The position numbers and the translations under genes are program-made. Of a DNA stretch of 64,000 bases, positions 9,599 to 19,521 are shown in pieces. Source of the stretch: an uncultured bacterium (GTDB taxonomy: Bacteria > Hydrothermota > Tepidihabitantia > B3-TA06); NCBI GenBank assembly GCA_964624585.1, contig CAZUXE010000007.1, forward strand, positions 736 through 64,735, given 5' to 3'. Each line of letters starts with the position of its first letter. The first letter of the stretch is position 1. The notes beneath the pieces are model-generated. The model searched no databases and had not been told where the DNA came from. It saw nothing but the letters and a program-made list of their open reading frames with translations.

Positions 9599-10529
9599 GG
9601 TGATTACAGTTACTGATAGCCGTGGTGCAAAATTGATTGCCAACCAAGGCGTCGAATATATTACTGTACCTTCTACGGCTTTTTTCGGCAAATCGATAGC
9701 TGATAAATTCAAAGCCATTATTGCCTACGCTAAGGGGAAGAAAGATTGCAAGAAATTGATTGATAAATTTAACCCTACAGCAATTATTGGAGCAGGAGGA
9801 TATGCAAGCCTACCGCTTCTTCAAGCAGGCAAAGCAAAAAAAATTCCATACTTTCTGCTTGAACAAAACTCCGTTCCGGGCAGGGTAACCAGACTTACCG
9901 CTAAAGGGGCTAAAATGATTTTTACCGGCATCCCTTTAGTTAAAAAAATCAAGGGCAAGGTAATTTTTACCGGAAACGTGTTACGAAAATCTATTATTGT
10001 TACCCGCAAGTACCCTAAAGAAATACTTGTATTGGGTGGAAGTGGAGGAGCAAAAACCTTAAACAGACTCGCCTATAAGTTGGCTTCTAAGATGACGACT
10101 GAGCGATTTATTGTTCTTACTGGTAAAAGAGACTTTAAGGAAATGTCAGCTTTACCCAAATTAGAAAACCTGGAACTGATTGAATATACCCAACATCCTG
10201 AAAGACTGTATCGCAGAGCAAAACTAGCCATTTCTCGTTCAGGAGCTATTGCTTTAAGCGAACTTATGGCAAACGGAATCCCATCTATCGTAATACCATT
10301 CCCCTATGCGATAGATAATCACCAATATCATAACGCACGCTGGGCTGCAAATAAAGGCGCTGTAATACTTGTTAATGAAGATGAGTTGGAAAACCTTAAT
10401 AAAAAGCTCTCAACACTAATTAAGGATAGGGCAAAAATGCAACAAATGAGTAAGGCTGCAAAAAACCTTGTTTCAGAAAACGCCGCAGAGGAAATAGTTG
10501 AAAGGATAGAAAAATGTTTGGCAGGGTGA
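9510..10529 (+). CDS. murG: UDP-N-acetylglucosamine--N-acetylmuramyl-(pentapeptide) pyrophosphoryl-undecaprenol GlcNAc transferase MurG
   Basis: 339 aa GT28. N-terminal GGTGGH motif (CGGTGGHMYPALAL), C-terminal SRSGAIALSELMANGIPSIVIP block. AGGAG RBS 8 nt upstream of the ATG. Confidence 0.85.
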   Translation: MLVMLGCGGTGGHMYPALALGREFTNRGYKVITVTDSRGAKLIANQGVEYITVPSTAFFGKSIADKFKAIIAYAKGKKDCKKLIDKFNPTAIIGAGGYASLPLLQAGKAKKIPYFLLEQNSVPGRVTRLTAKGAKMIFTGIPLVKKIKGKVIFTGNVLRKSIIVTRKYPKEILVLGGSGGAKTLNRLAYKLASKMTTERFIVLTGKRDFKEMSALPKLENLELIEYTQHPERLYRRAKLAISRSGAIALSELMANGIPSIVIPFPYAIDNHQYHNARWAANKGAVILVNEDELENLNKKLSTLIKDRAKMQQMSKAAKNLVSENAAEEIVERIEKCLAG

Positions 10530-11887
10530 ATTACATCCACATGATAGGAATAGGCGGCATAGGCATGAGCGGTATTGCCCACATTCTCCATAATCTGGGA
10601 TTTAAGGTATCCGGCTCCGATTTATCTAAGTCAGAGGCCACTGAAGCCCTCAATAAATCAGGTATAAGAGTAGCAGTAGGCCATGCAAAAGAAAATTTAA
10701 TGCAAGCTGACGTAGTGGTTATCTCTTCTGCCATTCCTCACGATAACCCCGAACTTATAGCCGCCCGCGAACGCAAAATACCTATCATTGGTCGTGGTGA
10801 AATGCTAGGTGAATTGATGAGGATGAAATATTCCATTGCCGTATCAGGTACTCATGGAAAAACTACCTCCTCATCAATGATAAGCTTCATGCTTGAATTA
10901 GCTGAATTCGACCCTACTTCAATTATCGGAGGCAAGGTACTTGAAATGGGATCAAACGCCAAGCTAGGCAAAAGTGAATATTTGGTAGCTGAAGCAGATG
11001 AATCTGACCGTTCTTTCCTACACCTATTCCCAACCATTGCTGTAGTTACTAATATTGAGCCTGAGCATCTTGATTATTATGAAAATTTTGACGACATTAA
11101 GAGTTGCTTCAAACAGTATGTTGAAAAAATCCCCTTTTATGGACTTGCCATACTTTGCGGTGACGATAAAGGGGTTGGTGAAATTTATGCAGATATTGAC
11201 GTTCGCAAAATAACTTACGGAACAGGAAAGTCCAATGACCTACGCCCCATGTGGATGCGTAATGAAGGTTGGAAATCTAGGTTTGTAATGAAGTTCCATG
11301 AAAAGCTCTACGAATTTGAACTAAATCTTCCGGGGGAACATAATCTTCGTAACGCACTGGCAGCAATTGCTGTCGGAAGAGAGCTAAAGATTCATCCTGA
11401 TATCATGATAGAGGCTATCAGCAGATTTAGGGGAGTACGCAGGCGCATGGAAAGGGTTGACGAAGTCAATGGTATTCTTTTTCTTGACGATTATGGACAT
11501 CATCCTACTGAGATTCTGGCAACTGTTTCATCACTTCGCAAGGTTTTCCCCACTCAACGCTTACGTGTACTATTCCAACCTCATAGATACAGTAGAACTC
11601 AACACCTACATGCAGAATTCGGCCCAGCATTCAAAGACGCTACCGAGGTGGTGTTGACTGATATTTACCGAGCAAGTGAAAAACCCATCCCTGGCGTAGG
11701 GCCGGAATTGATTCTGGAGGCTATAAAAAAAGATTCTCCTGACACTTCTGTTCAGCTTATTAAAAAACGTGAAAAAATTATTGATTACTTTTGCGAAACC
11801 CTTAAACCAGGGGATGTATTTTTAACCCTTGGAGCAGGTGACGTATGGAAAATTGGCGCAAGGATATTAGAGAAAATCTCAAGCTAG
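10514..11887 (+). CDS. murC: UDP-N-acetylmuramate--L-alanine ligase MurC
   Basis: 457 aa. N-terminal HMIGIGGIGMSGIA dinucleotide-binding motif typical of MurC, P-loop GTHGKTTSS. Confidence 0.85.
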   Translation: MFGRVNYIHMIGIGGIGMSGIAHILHNLGFKVSGSDLSKSEATEALNKSGIRVAVGHAKENLMQADVVVISSAIPHDNPELIAARERKIPIIGRGEMLGELMRMKYSIAVSGTHGKTTSSSMISFMLELAEFDPTSIIGGKVLEMGSNAKLGKSEYLVAEADESDRSFLHLFPTIAVVTNIEPEHLDYYENFDDIKSCFKQYVEKIPFYGLAILCGDDKGVGEIYADIDVRKITYGTGKSNDLRPMWMRNEGWKSRFVMKFHEKLYEFELNLPGEHNLRNALAAIAVGRELKIHPDIMIEAISRFRGVRRRMERVDEVNGILFLDDYGHHPTEILATVSSLRKVFPTQRLRVLFQPHRYSRTQHLHAEFGPAFKDATEVVLTDIYRASEKPIPGVGPELILEAIKKDSPDTSVQLIKKREKIIDYFCETLKPGDVFLTLGAGDVWKIGARILEKISS

Positions 11888-12786
11888 AAGGGAAACTACT
11901 GCTTGAGGAGCAAATTGCTCCCTACACCACTTTCCGTATTGGCGGTAGAGTATCAGCTTTCCTTGAACCAGAAAGTATTGATGACGTATTAAAGCTCGCT
12001 GAGTTTTTAAATACACATCCTGATGTAGAATATCAAATCCTAGGCGGCGGTTCCAACGTCCTCTATCCTGATCATTACAAAGGCCTAGTAATACATCTCG
12101 GAAAAGCTTTATCGCAAATTGCCAAAAAAGGCGACAGCATTACAGTAGGCGCAGGAATTGCCATGCACAAAGTAGTTGTTGAAAGCGCTCGATGGAACCT
12201 TAGCGGAATTGAATTTATGGCAGGGATCCCTGGAAGTATTGGAGGAGCAATAAAAGGGAATGCCGGTGCATTCAGGCATTGTATTTCAGAAAAACTTGAG
12301 ATTATAAAGGGAATCGATTTGAAAGATGCCTCTGAGAAAGTTTTTGAAAAGAAGCAAATTTCCTGGGGCTACCGTTCATCAAACATCCCTGATAGCTTTC
12401 TGATAACTGAAGTAACTCTGACTCTTAATAAGGATAATGAAAAGAAGTCGTTTATTGAAATAGAAAGAATCCTAAAACTCCGTAAAGATAAACATCCCCA
12501 GAAACCATCAGCAGGCTCGGTATTTCTAAATCCTGAACCTCCAAAAGTTATCGCGGGACGTCTGATTGAACAATTAGGATTCAAGGGACGCAGGATAGGT
12601 GATGCTATGTGCTCACCTATGCACGCCAATTTTATTGTCAACACAGGAGAGGCGACACAGAAAGACGTACTTGATTTGATTAATGAAATAAAGAGGGCTG
12701 TAGCTAAAAGTTTCGGAATCCAACTCAGGGAGGAGATTAAAATTATAAGGAATAAAGAACAACAAATGGAGGAAAATAATGGCTAA
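11845..12786 (+). CDS. murB: UDP-N-acetylenolpyruvoylglucosamine reductase MurB
   Basis: 313 aa. FAD-binding N-terminus (TTFRIGG, LGGGSNVL), C-terminal GSVFLNP / MHANFIVN motifs. Confidence 0.8.
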   Translation: MENWRKDIRENLKLEGKLLLEEQIAPYTTFRIGGRVSAFLEPESIDDVLKLAEFLNTHPDVEYQILGGGSNVLYPDHYKGLVIHLGKALSQIAKKGDSITVGAGIAMHKVVVESARWNLSGIEFMAGIPGSIGGAIKGNAGAFRHCISEKLEIIKGIDLKDASEKVFEKKQISWGYRSSNIPDSFLITEVTLTLNKDNEKKSFIEIERILKLRKDKHPQKPSAGSVFLNPEPPKVIAGRLIEQLGFKGRRIGDAMCSPMHANFIVNTGEATQKDVLDLINEIKRAVAKSFGIQLREEIKIIRNKEQQMEENNG

Positions 12787-14014
12787 AGGCGAACGAATCG
12801 TAGGGCTTGACCTTGGAACAACCAAGGTAGCCGCGGTTATCGCCGAGCTGGACGAAAATCTCGAACCACGCATTGTTGGCGTCGGCCTAACACCGTCACG
12901 GGGAATGCGTAGGGGTACTGTAATCAATCTTGAGCAAACTGTTGAATCGGTCAAACGCTCAATTGGAGAAGCTGAACGAATGGCCGGATGCAAAATTGAC
13001 TCTTGCTATGTAGGAATTGCCGGCAGCCACATCTCATCCATGAACTGCAGAGGCGTAGTTGCCGTAGAAAAAGCCGGCGGAGAAATTACAAGCAAAGACA
13101 AAGCTCGAGTAATTGAACAGGCAAAAACCATTGGCCTACCAATGGACCGCGAGATTATCCACGTAATACCAATTGAGTTTATTGTGGATGACCAGCCCGG
13201 GATCCGCGACCCGGTGGGTATGTTCGGAAAACGACTTGAGGTTGAGGTACATATTGTTACAGGGGCTGTAACCTCTGCACAAAATATTTACCGCTCTATA
13301 GAAAGAGCAGGCCTTAAGGTAAAGGATATGGTTCTTCAGCCACTTGCTTCAGCTTATGCCGTGCTGGAAATTGATGAAAAAGAACTAGGCGTATTGCTTA
13401 TAGATATCGGAGGCGGCACAACCGACATGGCTATTTTCAAAGAAGGCTCAATTTGCCATACTCAGGTTCTTGCTCTTGGTGGAGAACACATAACCTCAGA
13501 TATAGCAATAGGTTTGAGAACACCTACGAAAGAAGCCGAAGACATCAAAAAACGCTACGGATGTGCATTAGCAAACATGGTAGACGAAGACCAAACCTTT
13601 ACAGTAAAAGGAGTCGGCGGTAGAGGCGAGAAACAGGTTTCCCGCAGAATCCTCGCTTCTATTATAGAGCCAAGGATTGAGGAAATACTCACATTGGCAA
13701 ATAGAGAAATGAAAAAAACAGAATATGCCGAACTTCTGGCAGCGGGAGTTGTTCTTACCGGAGGCTCGGCGCATCTTGAAGGTATCGCCCAAATTGCAGA
13801 ACAGATTTTTGATCTTCCTGTCAAGGTTGGAAAACCCTGGGGCACTTCTGGATTAACAGATATCATTGCAGACCCAATGTTTGCAACAGCGGTGGGTTTA
13901 GTTCGCTACGGAATTGAAAAGCAAAACCTTACTCTTCTTCCCGGAGGAACCGAAGACCGCGTGTTTGGAAACATACTTAGCCGGATGCGTGATTGGCTGA
14001 AAGATTTTTTCTAA
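12779..14014 (+). CDS. ftsA: Cell division protein FtsA (actin-like ATPase)
   Basis: 411 aa. N-terminal VGLDLGTTKV, IDIGGGTTD and VLTGGSA motifs of the FtsA/actin family. Overlaps murB by 8 nt, with no intervening ftsQ. Confidence 0.9.
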   Translation: MAKGERIVGLDLGTTKVAAVIAELDENLEPRIVGVGLTPSRGMRRGTVINLEQTVESVKRSIGEAERMAGCKIDSCYVGIAGSHISSMNCRGVVAVEKAGGEITSKDKARVIEQAKTIGLPMDREIIHVIPIEFIVDDQPGIRDPVGMFGKRLEVEVHIVTGAVTSAQNIYRSIERAGLKVKDMVLQPLASAYAVLEIDEKELGVLLIDIGGGTTDMAIFKEGSICHTQVLALGGEHITSDIAIGLRTPTKEAEDIKKRYGCALANMVDEDQTFTVKGVGGRGEKQVSRRILASIIEPRIEEILTLANREMKKTEYAELLAAGVVLTGGSAHLEGIAQIAEQIFDLPVKVGKPWGTSGLTDIIADPMFATAVGLVRYGIEKQNLTLLPGGTEDRVFGNILSRMRDWLKDFF

Positions 14015-14029
14015 TATCAAGGAGGAGAT

Positions 14030-15163
14030 ATGTTCGAACCCGTTGAAGAAAATCGTTATCAAGCTCAAATAGGTGTTATGGGACTCGGCGGCGCCGGCGG
14101 CAACGCTGTGGATCATATGATAGAAAAAGGTATGCCCGGTGTACGCTTCTTTGCCCTTAACACAGATGTTCAGGCCCTTGATAGAAGCAAGGCGGAACAC
14201 AAAATTCAAATTGGCCCTAATTTAACCAGAGGTCTTGGTTCAGGCGGGAACCCTGAAGTAGGCAGAAGAGCCACTGAGGAATCGGTAGAACAGCTTAAGG
14301 AAGTGCTTATTGACCTTGATATGGTGTTTATTGCGGCAGGCGAAGGCGGAGGTACCGGAACAGGCTCCGCTCCTTTAGTTGCCGAACTTGCTCAGTCGCT
14401 TTCCATACTAACAGTAGCTGTAGTTACACGTCCCTTCGATTTTGAAGGACCTGTACGCAGACGCCAAGCAGAAGAAGGCATCCAAATTCTGAAACAAAAC
14501 GTTGACACACTTATCGTAATACCCAACCAAAAACTTCTGTCCGTTATTCCTCAAAACATGACACTTAAAGACAGCTTCCAAATGGCCGATGAGGTACTGT
14601 TTAACGCGACACGTGGCATTACTGACCTAATAACCCGCACTGGCATGATTAACCTTGATTTTGCCGATGTTCGCTCAATAATGTCAAATCGCGGTAATGC
14701 AGTAATTGGAATTGGTGTATCAAAAGGCGAAAACCGCGCTGTTGATGCAGCACAAAAAGCTATATCCTCACCTCTAATTGAAGATTTTGAAATCTCAGGT
14801 GCCAAAGGAATTCTTCTCAATATCTCAGGCGGCGATAATCTTACTCTTCATGAAATAAACGAAGCGGCTCGTGTAATCTACGGATATGCAAATCAAGACT
14901 CCAACATAATATTCGGCGCCCTTCAAGATGAAGAATACGGAGATGAAATAAGAGTAACTGTCATTGCCACAGGTATAGAAGAGATGCCTCCACGCGTTGA
15001 AAGAGTTGAAGAACTTATGCACTCAGGAAACAATGACATCAAAGTACCTACTTTCATGCGTAAAGACAGAAAACCTTCCCGCGCTTTCGACAAAGTTGAA
15101 CCTAAGCCTCTTTCAGATGAAGATTTAGAAATCCCGGCATTCTTAAGAAGACAGTTTGATTGA
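14030..15163 (+). CDS. ftsZ: Cell division GTPase FtsZ
   Basis: 377 aa. Tubulin signature GGGTGTG (GEGGGTGTGSAP), NTD motif, GGAGGNAV. Confidence 0.95.
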   Translation: MFEPVEENRYQAQIGVMGLGGAGGNAVDHMIEKGMPGVRFFALNTDVQALDRSKAEHKIQIGPNLTRGLGSGGNPEVGRRATEESVEQLKEVLIDLDMVFIAAGEGGGTGTGSAPLVAELAQSLSILTVAVVTRPFDFEGPVRRRQAEEGIQILKQNVDTLIVIPNQKLLSVIPQNMTLKDSFQMADEVLFNATRGITDLITRTGMINLDFADVRSIMSNRGNAVIGIGVSKGENRAVDAAQKAISSPLIEDFEISGAKGILLNISGGDNLTLHEINEAARVIYGYANQDSNIIFGALQDEEYGDEIRVTVIATGIEEMPPRVERVEELMHSGNNDIKVPTFMRKDRKPSRAFDKVEPKPLSDEDLEIPAFLRRQFD

Positions 15164-15193
15164 CGCTTAGAATTTTTGACCTAGTATAAAAGG

Positions 15194-16663
15194 ATGATGC
15201 TGAATAATTTCTTTAAGAAAACTACAGAAAGTATCTTTAGCCTTTCTGTGATGTTTGTAATGTTTACGGTTGTTACGGTTGGGGTAATACACGCACGTGA
15301 AGCAAACATAGAATCATTCAATGCCAATTCCCTGGCCATACGAACAAATGAAGCTAGAAGAACTGGGATTGTTATTGCTACCCAAAAGGTAATGCCATCT
15401 GTCGTTTCTATAACCGCTCTTCAAACAAAAACATACACATCACCATTTTACAACGACCCCTTCTTTCGGGAATTTTTTGGCAACCTCTTTCCGCACGAAT
15501 ATAATCGCGAAATACAAAGCCTCGGTTCTGGGATAATAATATCTTCTAAAGGAGAAATAATCACCAATGCCCATGTAATTGCTGATGCTTCGAAAATTAA
15601 AGTAACTCTCTCAGATGAAAAAACATATGACAGTAAGGTAATAGGCAAAGATGAGGCGCTGGATTTAGCTCTTCTGCGCGTAATTAACCCTCCAGATAAT
15701 CTTCAGGCGGTTAATTTTGGGAATTCCGATGATTTGATGATTGGCGAATGGGCAATAGCCTTAGGAAATCCTTTTGGTTTCCTTATTGCCGATACCAAAC
15801 CAACTGTTACCGCAGGAGTCATTTCGGCAATAGATAGAAGGGTTCAAACGGCTGAAGGAAAACGTTTCAGTTTTTCAGGAGTTATTCAAACCGATGCGGC
15901 AATTAACCCTGGAAATTCCGGTGGACCTCTGGTAAATATCCTTGGGGAAGTTATAGGTATCAACACCTTTATATTCACCCAAAGCGGAGGCTCTGAAGGA
16001 ATCGGCTTTGCAATACCAATCAATAGAGTCAAACGTTTTATAGCTGAATTAGAAACCCACAACGAAAAAAGAGACGCATGGCTCGGTATTGGAGTTCAAA
16101 CTCTTACAAGCGACATGGCCCGCGCCCTTGGTAAACCTGAAATAAAGGGATTAATCATCAACCAAATAGTAACAGGTTCACCTGCATCTAAAGCAGGTCT
16201 TGAGGAAGCATGGGTAATTACTTCAATTAATGGCATTCACTATTCCAGCGAAACTGACTGGCAAATGGTTGAACGAAGCCTTTTTGTAGGAGACAGTGTA
16301 AAACTAAAAGGTATTACCGATCAAGGAAGTCCGTTTAGCCGCACCCTAATAGCTGCCGAATACATTACTCCAAAACCTGTAAAGATAGCCGAACTTGGCT
16401 TGGCAGCCCTTGATTTAGACCCTGCTATTAAATACCGATATAACATACGCAGTGCAACAGGCGTAGTAATAGAATCTATTGAAGACAATGGTGAAGCCGC
16501 AAGGCTTGGGCTTAAGAAAGGTGACGTAATCCTGAAATATGGAAATATTGAAACCCCTGATATTAAAGAACTTAAACAAGCGGTAAGGACATTGAAGAAT
16601 CCAACTACTTTAGTCATTGAAAGAGAAGGCGGACGTTACCGTCTCTACAGGAGACTTCGATGA
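15194..16663 (+). CDS. HtrA/DegP-family periplasmic serine endoprotease with two PDZ domains
   Basis: 489 aa. Signal/TM segment, trypsin-like catalytic residues (TNAHV, DLALLRV, GNSGGPL), two C-terminal PDZ-like segments. Confidence 0.8.
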   Translation: MMLNNFFKKTTESIFSLSVMFVMFTVVTVGVIHAREANIESFNANSLAIRTNEARRTGIVIATQKVMPSVVSITALQTKTYTSPFYNDPFFREFFGNLFPHEYNREIQSLGSGIIISSKGEIITNAHVIADASKIKVTLSDEKTYDSKVIGKDEALDLALLRVINPPDNLQAVNFGNSDDLMIGEWAIALGNPFGFLIADTKPTVTAGVISAIDRRVQTAEGKRFSFSGVIQTDAAINPGNSGGPLVNILGEVIGINTFIFTQSGGSEGIGFAIPINRVKRFIAELETHNEKRDAWLGIGVQTLTSDMARALGKPEIKGLIINQIVTGSPASKAGLEEAWVITSINGIHYSSETDWQMVERSLFVGDSVKLKGITDQGSPFSRTLIAAEYITPKPVKIAELGLAALDLDPAIKYRYNIRSATGVVIESIEDNGEAARLGLKKGDVILKYGNIETPDIKELKQAVRTLKNPTTLVIEREGGRYRLYRRLR

Positions 16664-16724
16664 AAATCAGAATAGCGACGATAACAACCTTGCGTCAGCT
16701 AGAACAAAAAATAACGGAGGCATT

Positions 16725-18017
16725 ATGATTGAACGCTACTCTACACCGGAGATGAAAGAAATATGGGCTGATGAGCATCGATTTCGCTACTGGCTAAGGG
16801 TTGAAAAAGCCGCCGCTAAAGCTGAAGAAAAACTTGGTATAATCCCAGAAGGTTTGATTTCATGCCTGAAGAGTGTTATTGATGTAGATTATAAACGAGT
16901 TGCCGAGATAGAAAAAGAAACTGAACATGAAGTTACCGCATTCCTGCAAGCCGTATGGGAACAGGCACCTTGTTCAAAGGAATATCTGCATTATGGCTTA
17001 ACCTCCTACGATGTTGTGGATAATGCCATGACCTTAAGAATTTTGGAAGCCTTTGATATTCTTGAAAAAGATTTAACAGAACTAAATGATAATTTGGCTG
17101 CTTTGGCAAAAAAATATAAATATACACCGGTTCTTGGACGTACCCACGGTCGTGGAGCCGAACCCATAAGTTTTGGTGTTCGCGCCTTATCGTGGTATTC
17201 TGAAGGTTTAAGGGTTAAAGAATTCCTTAATCATAGCCGTAAAATTACTGCACGGGGTCGCATATCAGGAACAGTAGGTACCTTTACAGTACTTCCTTCA
17301 AAGGTTGAAGAACTTGCTCTTAGTGAGCTTGGTTTAGAACCCGAACCGGTAGCAACTCAGGTTATTCCACGAGATCGTCATGCCACAATTCTTTTTGCTC
17401 TTGCTCTAACAGGAAGTTGGCTTGAAAGAATAGCTATAAATATCAGACTAGGTCAACTTGAAGGTCTGGATGAATTATTTGAACCCTTCAAAAAGAAACA
17501 AACCGGTTCATCGGCAATGCCGCAAAAAAAGAATCCGGTTATTACTGAGAGGATATGCGGTCTAAGTAGAATATTAAGGACAAACGTTCAAGCAGGACTT
17601 GAAAATATTGCCCTTTGGCATGAACGCGATATTTCGCATTCCTCTGTTGAACGTGTAATATTTCCAGATTCCTTCAATTTAGCCCATTATTTAATACGAA
17701 AAATGAAAGCTGTTACTGCTGATTTGCGGGTTAGCACAGAAAAGATGAAAAAAATAATCAACGATACGGGAGGCACCTTCTTTGCACAAAAACTCCTGCT
17801 TGCCCTCATTAATAAGGGGTTTGCCCGTGAAACAGCCTACAGGCTGGTTCAAAAAACAGCTTTTGAAACTAAAGAAACAGGAAAATCATTTGACTCAATT
17901 GCCAGAAATAATAAAGAAATCTCTGATAAATTGAGTGAAAAGGAATTGAATAATATTTTTTCACTTGAAACTTACATGCAGGGAATAGAGGTTCTTTACA
18001 AAAGAATGAATTTGTAA
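16725..18017 (+). CDS. purB: Adenylosuccinate lyase PurB
   Basis: Lyase_1/fumarase-family signature (GSSAMPQKKNP), N-terminal MIERYSTPEM typical of PurB. Start set at the ATG at 16725, which has a GGAGG RBS, rather than the long ORF-track start at 16617. Confidence 0.85.
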   Translation: MIERYSTPEMKEIWADEHRFRYWLRVEKAAAKAEEKLGIIPEGLISCLKSVIDVDYKRVAEIEKETEHEVTAFLQAVWEQAPCSKEYLHYGLTSYDVVDNAMTLRILEAFDILEKDLTELNDNLAALAKKYKYTPVLGRTHGRGAEPISFGVRALSWYSEGLRVKEFLNHSRKITARGRISGTVGTFTVLPSKVEELALSELGLEPEPVATQVIPRDRHATILFALALTGSWLERIAINIRLGQLEGLDELFEPFKKKQTGSSAMPQKKNPVITERICGLSRILRTNVQAGLENIALWHERDISHSSVERVIFPDSFNLAHYLIRKMKAVTADLRVSTEKMKKIINDTGGTFFAQKLLLALINKGFARETAYRLVQKTAFETKETGKSFDSIARNNKEISDKLSEKELNNIFSLETYMQGIEVLYKRMNL

Positions 18018-18300
18018 TTACCCACATCACCAACACTCTCTCTTTACCCCGGGTGGATACATATTCATCCGGGGTAATCTCTTCTTTACAAAAACCTCTC
18101 CCCTACACCATAACTCTTGTAAGTACTTTTTGTGATTTAAGGAGAAGATTTTCTCTGTCAGCGATAGAACCCCAGCACTTGAAAGTTTCCTAAATAGAAG
18201 CTTTTAGTTTTTTTCAGTAGCGATTTTAGAGCATTTCAATAATACGCAGCTCAGATAAAATAATTCTTGAGAATTGATAGATTTTGTGACTGAATAAAAA

Positions 18301-18323
18301 AGCGTCCACCTTGTGGACGCTTA
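18301..18323 (-). terminator. Rho-independent terminator downstream of the tRNA-Tyr gene
   Basis: Perfect 9-bp stem AGCGTCCAC/GTGGACGCT with a 4-nt loop. On the minus strand it is followed by TTTTTTATT. Confidence 0.5.
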
Positions 18324-18326
18324 GAG

Positions 18327-18409
18327 TGGGCAGGGAAGGATTTGAACCTCCGAAGGCATCAGCCAGCAGATTTACAGTCTGCCCCCTTTGGCCACTTGGG
18401 TACCTACCC
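18327..18409 (-). tRNA. tRNA-Tyr (anticodon GTA), class II with long variable arm, no encoded CCA
   Basis: Reverse complement folds as a cloverleaf. Acceptor GGGTAGG/CCTGCCC plus discriminator A, anticodon loop CUGUAAA, T-arm GGTTCAAATCC. 83 nt. Confidence 0.8.
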
Positions 18410-18448
18410 ATTTTAACTTCACCCTATATACAGGGAAAACAAATAGCA

Positions 18449-18522
18449 AGCCGGAGAAGGGAGTCGAACCCCCGACCTGCGGTTTACAAAACCGCTGCTC
18501 TAGCCAACTGAGCTACTCCGGC
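18449..18522 (-). tRNA. tRNA-Thr (anticodon TGT), no encoded CCA
   Basis: Reverse complement GCCGGAGTAGCTCAGTTGGCTAGAGCAGCGGTTTTGTAAACCGCAGGTCGGGGGTTCGACTCCCTTCTCCGGCT. 7-bp acceptor stem, anticodon loop UUUGUAA, T-arm GGTTCGACTCC. 74 nt. Confidence 0.8.
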
Positions 18523-18535
18523 CACCTAGATCTCA

Positions 18536-18563
18536 ATTTTACTCCTCTCTGAGTAAAAGTCAA
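18536..18563 (-). promoter_or_regulatory. Candidate sigma70 promoter for the tRNA-Thr/tRNA-Tyr transcription unit
   Basis: Minus strand reads TTGACT-16 nt-TAAAAT and ends 13 nt upstream of the tRNA-Thr 5' end. Confidence 0.35.
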
Positions 18564-18680
18564 TATTCTTAACTGAGTTTTACCATCTATTACAAGTCTG
18601 ATAAAAAATATGATTCAGTTGTTTTTACTAATAAGAAGTTAATCCAATTGACACAAACGGAATATGCCATAAGCTGAAGC

Positions 18681-19505
18681 ATGGTTAATAAATTACAAAC
18701 TAAGAAAATAAGAATAAGTTTAAGTACTCCCGTATTGATATTATTATCTCTAGCAATTCCGTTTTATACCCAGGATATAAGCTTTGGCGCAAAACTATCC
18801 GTAGAATACGCCAATTACATACAAGGCGCCGGATTTACACGCGGAAGTATCATATCACCGGTTTTGGGGTTGGATATCGGCAATTTTTCTTCTGTATCAA
18901 AGGACATCTGCTTTTTTTCGGCACGCACTCAGGGCGAGTTTCTAGTAGCCGGTTCTAAAAACAAAGGTTTCCAAGAAATGGATATATCACTCTCATACAA
19001 CACCTTTCTATGGAAGTTTTCTCTAACCCCCTCCGTAAATCTAAACATATTTCCAGCCAGAACCAATTATTCTGACGAAGCGCTGCCGATAACTGCTGAT
19101 TTTGGCTTCTCTGTGGGCTTTAATATCCTTGATTACAACATGTATTCAATAGGAAATTTTGGCATTTACACCGACCATAAATTAGATTTTCTGACTACTC
19201 CTGGCGGCTACATAGGCGAAATTGGTCTTTACCATAATCATTGGTTTGCCAATAGTTACGCAAGACTAAGCAGTGAATTAATTTTAGATTGGGCAAATAG
19301 AAGATATAACCAACACTACTTTAACCTTGATAAAACCACCATAAGCAACCTTCGTGCAAAGGTTTCATTAAGCTACGATTTATGCACTTCCTGCTTTATT
19401 GAACCATCCCTACAGTTCAACTATATGTTAGATAAAGCCCTGCATAACCAAATTAGCGACCTTTCTCTCTTTAACGCCGGTTTAAGCTTTGGACTTATAT
19501 ATTAA
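18681..19505 (+). CDS. Hypothetical outer-membrane beta-barrel protein
   Basis: 274 aa. N-terminal signal-like hydrophobic segment, alternating hydrophobic beta-strand pattern, C-terminal aromatic residue (…SFGLIY) typical of BAM-dependent OMPs. No catalytic motifs. Confidence 0.45.
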   Translation: MVNKLQTKKIRISLSTPVLILLSLAIPFYTQDISFGAKLSVEYANYIQGAGFTRGSIISPVLGLDIGNFSSVSKDICFFSARTQGEFLVAGSKNKGFQEMDISLSYNTFLWKFSLTPSVNLNIFPARTNYSDEALPITADFGFSVGFNILDYNMYSIGNFGIYTDHKLDFLTTPGGYIGEIGLYHNHWFANSYARLSSELILDWANRRYNQHYFNLDKTTISNLRAKVSLSYDLCTSCFIEPSLQFNYMLDKALHNQISDLSLFNAGLSFGLIY

Positions 19506-19521
19506 GACGATGTTTCAGATA

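Noticed and set aside
16617-16724. Longer purB ORF starting at 16617
   Set aside because: The 36 extra residues are low-complexity (D/N-rich) and overlap the htrA 3' end. The ATG at 16725 has a GGAGG RBS and gives the conserved PurB N-terminus.
18226-18511. ORFs 18226-18411 (-) and 18311-18511 (+) from the six-frame track
   Set aside because: They overlap the tRNA-Tyr/tRNA-Thr genes and terminator. Spurious.
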